Shown here one piece after another: positions 49,563 to 55,400 of a DNA stretch of 55,400 nt. Source of the DNA: Chiloscyllium plagiosum (taxonomy: Eukaryota). Position numbers and translations under genes: made by a program. The notes beneath the pieces are model-generated. The model was not told where the DNA came from. It saw only the letters and a list, made by a program, of their open reading frames with translations, and searched no databases. Within the stretch, counting starts at the first letter, position 1, and every line of letters starts with the position of its first letter. Where the stretch lies: the NCBI RefSeq assembly GCF_004010195.1, contig NC_057720.1:12204470-12259869 (forward strand), in the 5' to 3' direction.

Positions 49563-50129
49563 CGCTCCATTTTTGATGTTGGTCAAAGGATAAATATTGG
49601 ACAGGACACTAGGGAGAGTTTCTCTGCTGTTCTTCCAATTGTATTGTCTGTTCTTTGGGCAAGAAACTCCAATCATTGATATTACCTCAGGCAGTGCTAC
49701 ACTCCCCTGGTACTATGTAGTCGGTGTTAGTCCTGAATTCTGTGTAGAAGACTCTGACTTGGAGGTCCACAGAATTAAGGCAACCTTTAATTGATCTATA
49801 TGACCTGCTGATTCAAGGTATAATTGCAGATCTGTGCGTACATTAGCTTATCTCAAAAGCTGGCACACAGACCAGAGCTGGATTTAGTGGAAAAGAGGAA
49901 GGGATTCCCACTGACATCTGATGGACAGTAAACCTACTCAGATGTCAATTGAGGACATGGTTGCAGTGGACTGTGATGCCTTTCCAGTCAAGTAAGCTGC
50001 TGAAACACAACGCCTAGGCTCATAGATACATAAAAGTCACTAGGAAATGTGTGGGGGATACGGGAGGAGCTCTGAGGACTGATTCTATAACCAAAAAACC
50101 CGAGGAGAAGTGGGGGTTGGTATATTATT

Positions 50130-50470
50130 TTTCATTCTCAGGATGTGGGCATCATTGTCCAGGCCAGTACTCATTGCCCATCCCTAATTGCCCGTAGGAC
50201 TTTTAAGAGTCAACCACATTGCTGTGAGTCTGGAGTCACATGTAGGCCAGACCAGGCAAGGATGGCAGTTTTCTTCCCTAAAGGACATTAGTGAACCCGA
50301 TGGGACTTTCTTGACAAGTGATAATGATTTCATCATTAGACACCTAATTCCAGATTTTTTATCAAATTTAAATTCCACCATCTGCCGTGGCGGGATTCAA
50401 ATCCTGGTCCCCAGAGCCTTTCTGGCTTGATAGTTTAGCAATAATACAATAAGGCCATCATCTGCCCATT
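50130..50470 (-). mobile_element. SINE with L2-like tail
   Basis: Same family as 36590-36890 and 1960-2275. Confidence 0.8.
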
Positions 50471-50550
50471 GCTAATCACAAAGTGATGGACCTCTTGCCA
50501 AAATGTTGAACGTTCCAGCTAAACTTTAATCTGATGTGTCTGAGAAGAGA

Positions 50551-51377
50551 GCTGAAAATGTGCTGCTGGAAGAGCGCAGCAGGTCAGGCAGCTTCCAGGG
50601 AACAGGAGAATCGACGTTTTGGGCATAAGCCCTTCTTCAGGAATGAGGAAAGTTTGTCCAGCAGGCTAAGATAAAAGGTAGGGAGGAGGGACTTGGGGGA
50701 GGGGGCGTCGGAAATGTGATAGGTGGAAAGAGGTCAAGGTGAGGGTGATAGGTCAGACTGGGGTGGGGGCGGAGAGGTCGGGAAGAAGATTGCAGGTTAG
50801 GAAGGCGGTGCTGAGTTGGCTTTAATGGTCTGACAGTAAAATGCCCTCCTGATGCAGTGGCATGATCTCGCATGCGAAATGCCACTCCATTGAGTCTGCA
50901 TGTGTGGGAAGCTATACATCTAGGTGACAGAGGCAGTGAGGAAAATGAAGGAAGGTCATATCAAACGTGTGCCACAAGCCATTGCTTGATTAAATTGTTC
51001 CACCATCCTCCTCCCCCATATGTATTCACAAAATAAGTGAGAGTGTGATCTCAAAGATTCTCTGCCGCAATGCTTGTTCTCAATCGTTAGCAAACATTTA
51101 AGGCTGTCGGTAAACAGTGTTGTGGTTAGCCAGGATTTTAAAAAGCCTGATAAGAACCATAAATACGCTTGAAAAGATGTGTATTGAGCATTGAGGCTAA
51201 TCTCTTTAATCAGATTGGCAAATATTTTAAATGCAGCATTTTAAACAGCAGCATTTCCCTTGCATCGATCACGAAATGTCGATTCTCCTGTTCCCTGGAT
51301 GCTGCCTGACCTGCTGCGCTTTTCCAGCAACACATTTTTAGCTCTGATCTCCAGCATCTGCAGACCTCACTTTCTCC
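50551..51377. mobile_element. Family-A PLE insertion with inverted terminal repeats enclosing about 450 bp of non-PLE DNA
   Basis: Exact 14-bp TSD tgtctgagaagaga at 50537-50550 and 51378-51391. Minus-strand PLE 50551-50817 and plus-strand PLE 51272-51377. Confidence 0.85.
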
Positions 51378-51404
51378 TGTCTGAGAAGAGACTCCAACAA
51401 CCAT

Positions 51405-52100
51405 TTTAATTCATGGATGGGATATATTGGCTTGGCCAGCATTTATTACCTATCCCTAATTGCCCACATTGCTGTGGGTCTGGAGTCACATGTAGGCCAG
51501 ACCAGGTAAGGACGGTTCTGGAGAAAGGTCACTGGACTCAAAACGTTAACTCTGTTTCTCTCTCCACAGATGTTGCCCGAGCTGCTGAGTTTCTCCAGCA
51601 ATTTCTGTTTTTGGTCCTTTCAGATCTCTAGCAACCGCAGTTCTTTGTTTTATTATAAGGATGGTAAATTTCCTTCCCCAAAGGGCATTATTGGATCAGA
51701 TGGTTTTTTAGAAGTAACTAACAATGGTCACATGGTTACCATTAGACCAGATTTTAATTGAGTTCCAGTTTCAGCATCTGGGATCAAATTCATGTCTCCA
51801 CCACATTAGAATAAAGGCAAAACACCATGGATGCTGGGAAATCTCAAACAAACACAGAAAACGTTGGGGAAGCTCAACAGATCTGGCAGCGTTCGAGGAG
51901 AGAAAACAAAGTTAATGTTTCAAATCCAGTTCAGATCCAATTTGACTTAGAGCTGAACTGAAGAAGAGTTGTATCAGACTCAAAGGTGTTTCTCTCTCCA
52001 AACTCTCCACCAGACCTACTGATTTTCTCCAGTATTCTCTGTATTTGTCTCCAAAACATTAGCCTGGAGTTCCGGGTTACCATTACATCACCAGCTCCCA
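51405..52100. mobile_element. Minus-strand SINE with two nested older PLE repeats (about 51515-51655 and palindromic 51810-52045)
   Basis: ctgaagaagagttgtatcagactcaaa core. TSD-like tgtctccaccacattag / tgtctccaaaacattag. Confidence 0.65.
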
Positions 52101-53117
52101 TTTAACTTACACTTGTCTAGTGCCCCCCAATGTAAAACATCCCAAAATGCTGCTCGGGCATATAATCAGACAGCATTTGTTACTGGGCCATTTTAGGAGA
52201 TAGCAGGATGGTTGAACGAATTCCTTTGCTAAAGAGACAGGTTTTGAGGAGCATATGAAAGGAGGAAGGTAGAGAGCTTGTGAGACATTGAGAGAGAATT
52301 CCAGATCTGAGGGCTGAAGCAGCTCAAAGCATGGTCACTAATGGAAGGGAGAAAGAAATTGGGTATGTTCAGAATTGGAGGAATGCAGAGTTCTTGATGG
52401 CTTGTAGGGCTGGATGAGCTTACAAATATCAGGAGGGCTGAGCCAATAGAGGAACATTCACAAGAGGGCAAGAATTTTAATGTTAAAGTATCAGTGGACA
52501 AGGAGCCAAAATGTGAAACAAATGTTACGTTCCTGAAAACAAACATTTGTAAATAATCTGCTGACGTCTTATGACTTTGTTGCTCATTTAAGTTGACTGG
52601 TGTCATGAGAGAAATGAATAGCAGCAATGTCAGGTCCCAATCTGTATCAGGGTCAACATTCCTATCAGACACATGTCACTGCCCTTCTCCATCAGCTTTC
52701 CAGAATAGTCTGTGTGTCTGAATATAATTCTGTTAGACACGATCAGTTAACTGACATGTCAGGAAATCTTGACTTTCAGCTGTGCACGTTACTCTGATGT
52801 TTTATTGACGTGAAGCCCGTAATCATTTTAAATTGAGTTCATGTTCTGATTAAAAGTAAATCTAAAGGGAATATCAATCTGCACTAGTAATAGGGTACTT
52901 CAGATAGATTCCAGACCATTGGTCTTTCTAACAAGGCACTCAGATGTTAGGGGAATTAGACCTTGTGTGTAAAGGACAGCATTGTTCAGGGTGTAATTGA
53001 ACTGGTTGGCTGGTCTGAATTAGAAGTTTTTTTATTTTCTGTAGTTTTACAGAGTTAGAAACTTTCACAAATGGATAGAAAAGTTAACCTCTTGATCTTG
53101 TCTTATGCTTTATTATA

Positions 53118-53201
53118 GGGCTTTTGCCCGATACATCGATTTTCCTGCTCCTTGGATGCTGCCTGACCTGCTGTGCTTTTCCAGCACCACTCTAATCCAG
53201 A
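53118..53201 (+). mobile_element. 84-bp family-A PLE terminal-repeat insertion
   Basis: Exact 16-bp TSD cttatgctttattata at 53102-53117 and 53202-53217. Confidence 0.9.
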
Positions 53202-53284
53202 CTTATGCTTTATTATACCCTATCTCCATTTACATGCCAGGGTTCTGTAACTCTCAAATCATGAAACAAGATTTGTTAATCTTA

Positions 53285-54390
53285 TAGAGTCATACAGCAC
53301 GGAAACAGACCCTTCAACTCGTCCACACCAACCAGAAATTGCAATTTGACCTCGTCTCATTTGATAACATTTGGCCCATATCCCTCTAAACCCTTCCTAT
53401 TTATATATCCATCCGGATACCTTGTAAATGTTGTAGATACTTCCTCTGTCAGCTCATTCCATACAAGCACTACGCCTCAGTTCCCTTTCCTTTCTCACCT
53501 TAAACCTATGCCATCTTTTGGACTTACCCACCCAAGGAAAAAGACCTTGGCTATTCACTCTATCCATGCCCCTCATGATTTTATAAATCTCTATAAGGTC
53601 ACTCCTCAGCCTCTCTTATTCCAAGGGAAAAGCCCCAGCTTATTCAGCCTCTCGCTATAGCTCAAACCCTCCAACCCTGGCAATATCCTTGTAAATCTTT
53701 TCTGCACCCTCTCAAGTTTAACAACATTCTTCCTATAGAATGACAACTAGACTTTTAGCATTCTTAAAGTTGCCTCACCAATGCCCTGTACAGCCACAAC
53801 AAGACCTTGCAACTCCTACACTCAGTATTCTGACCAATGAAGAAAAGTGTACCAAACACTTTCTTCACCAATGTGCAGCTTCAGCAAGTAATCAGGAAAG
53901 CGAATAAAATGTTATGGTTTATTGCAAGAGTAGGGAGGTTATGCTTTGGAAACGTCGATTTTCCTGCTCCTCGAATGCTGTCTGACATGCTGTGCTTTTC
54001 CAGCACCACTCTAATCTAGACTCTGGTTTCTAGCATCTGCAGTCCTCACATTCGCCTATGCTTTGGATATGCAGACCATTGGTGAGACTGTATCTGGAAT
54101 ACTGTGTACAGAACTGGTAGGGTACTTACAGAAGGATAGTAACGCAATGGAAGCAGTCCAGAGAAGGTTTACTAGATCAATTTATGAAATGAGTGGGTTT
54201 CCTTATGAGAAAAGTCTAGGCCTGTATCCTCTGGAGCTTAGAAGATTCAGAGATGACTTAAGTAAAACATATCAGATCCTGAGGGGACTTGACCGGGGGA
54301 TGTCAAAGGGGTGTTTCATTTTGTGGAAGAATCTAGAATTAGGGTCATAGTTTAAAAATAAGAAGGTGATTATTTAAAATAGCGATGAGT
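53285..54390. mobile_element. Adjacent CR1 fragments (- 53285-53872; + 53873-54390) with a PLE repeat at 53951-54056
   Basis: CR1 motifs (VIRKANKML, MEAVQRRFTR). PLE TSD tatgctttgga at 53940-53950 and 54057-54067. Confidence 0.85.
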
Positions 54391-54394
54391 ATTT

Positions 54395-55075
54395 TGGCTG
54401 GTCAGGGGCAAGTAACATTTGCGCCACATAAGTGCTGGACAATGACTATCTTCAACCATTTCCTCTTGACATTCAATAACCATCATTGACTCCCCACTGT
54501 CAACACCCTGGTGGTTACCATGGACCAGAACATTAATTCAACTGGCCATATAAATCCTATGCCTACAAGAACATGTCAGAGGCTGAGAATTCTGGAGAAA
54601 GTAATTTCCCAAAGTTCTGCAAAGTGCAAGTCAGGGATGTGATACTTCTTTGAATGAGAGCAATTTCAACAACACTCAAGGAGCTTGACGTCCGACAAGA
54701 CGTAACAGTCCTCTCCATTCACCTTCTTAAACTCCTCCCCTGGCAAATAGCGTTATTCAAGATACACTGTAGAAACTTGTCAAGAGGCTTCCAGTGGCAC
54801 CTTCCAGATCCACAAACTTTATTCCCTGGAAGAACAAGGACTGCAGATACATGGGAACACCATCGCCTGCAAGTTCCCCTCCAAGCCATACACCTTCCTG
54901 ACTTGAAAATATATCGCTAAATATATTGTTTCCTGGTCTGAATTGTGAAACAATATGGGTGTACCTACACCACATTGGCAGCAATGTTTGAAAAAATGCC
55001 TTATGAAGATCTTTGTAAGGGCAATTAAGGATGAACAACAAATCCTGGCCTTGCCTGCGTTGCCTACATTTCATG
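54395..55075 (+). mobile_element. L2/CR1-group LINE 3' fragment
   Basis: gcagatacatgggaacaccatcgcctgcaagttcccctccaagcc..., shared with other copies. Confidence 0.75.
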
Positions 55076-55099
55076 AACAGCTTAGAAAATGAAAGAACT

Positions 55100-55400
55100 G
55101 TAGAATTAACACTGGCCAAAAATATAAAGGAGGATAGTAAAAGCTTTTTTAGGTATGTGAAAGGGAAAAAAATGGTTAAGACTAAAATTGGGCCTTTAAA
55201 GACAGAAACAGGGGAATATATTATGGGGAACAAAGAAATGGCAGAAGAATTGAATTGGTACTTCAGATCTGTGTTCACTGGGAAGACCACAAGCAATCTC
55301 CCTGAGGTAACAGTGACTGAAGGACCTGAACTGAAGGGAATTTATATTTGCCAGGAATTGGTGTTGGAGAGTCTGTTAGGTCTGAAGGCTGATAAGTCCC
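55100..55400 (+). mobile_element. Young CR1 LINE, ORF2, running off the window
   Basis: Near-identical to 33827-34035. Confidence 0.95.

Noticed and set aside
50849..50886. Extra hammerhead in the captured segment (CTGATG...GCATG-loop-CATGC-GAAA)
   Set aside because: CUGAUG is not followed by A and is not adjacent to the stem; there is no valid stem I/III.
39400..55400. NEXN coding exons
   Set aside because: No match found to the recalled N-terminal peptide (MNDISQKAE / ILLSSSKPVPK); they probably lie beyond the window.

Overview
This is repeat-dense vertebrate genomic DNA, almost certainly from a cartilaginous fish (shark). That call is an inference from the HE1-type tRNA SINEs, CR1/HER1-type LINEs and DeuSINE-like relics. 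The only host coding sequence I can support is the last coding exon of mitoguardin-1 (MIGA1/FAM73A, 325-534, +), followed by a probable long 3' UTR. A CpG-rich unique island at about 39.0-39.4 kb, with muscle-type motifs and a splice donor, is a candidate promoter/first exon of the next gene (NEXN by human synteny; inference only). The rest is mostly nested transposon debris: CR1 and L2-like LINEs, SINEs, Tc1/mariner-type MITEs, a probable solo LTR and a very decayed PIF/Harbinger element (about 22-25 kb) containing a near-perfect 29-bp hairpin. The most notable system is a set of at least four distinct Penelope-like element (PLE) families whose terminal repeats each carry a minimal hammerhead-ribozyme core (CUGANGA-stem II-GAAA-palindromic stem III). 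Many copies are short, TSD-flanked, head-to-head palindromes. One sits in the probable MIGA1 3' UTR, and one appears to have captured about 450 bp of unrelated DNA. There are three N gaps. Repeat boundaries are read by eye and approximate, and family names come from recalled motifs, not database searches.
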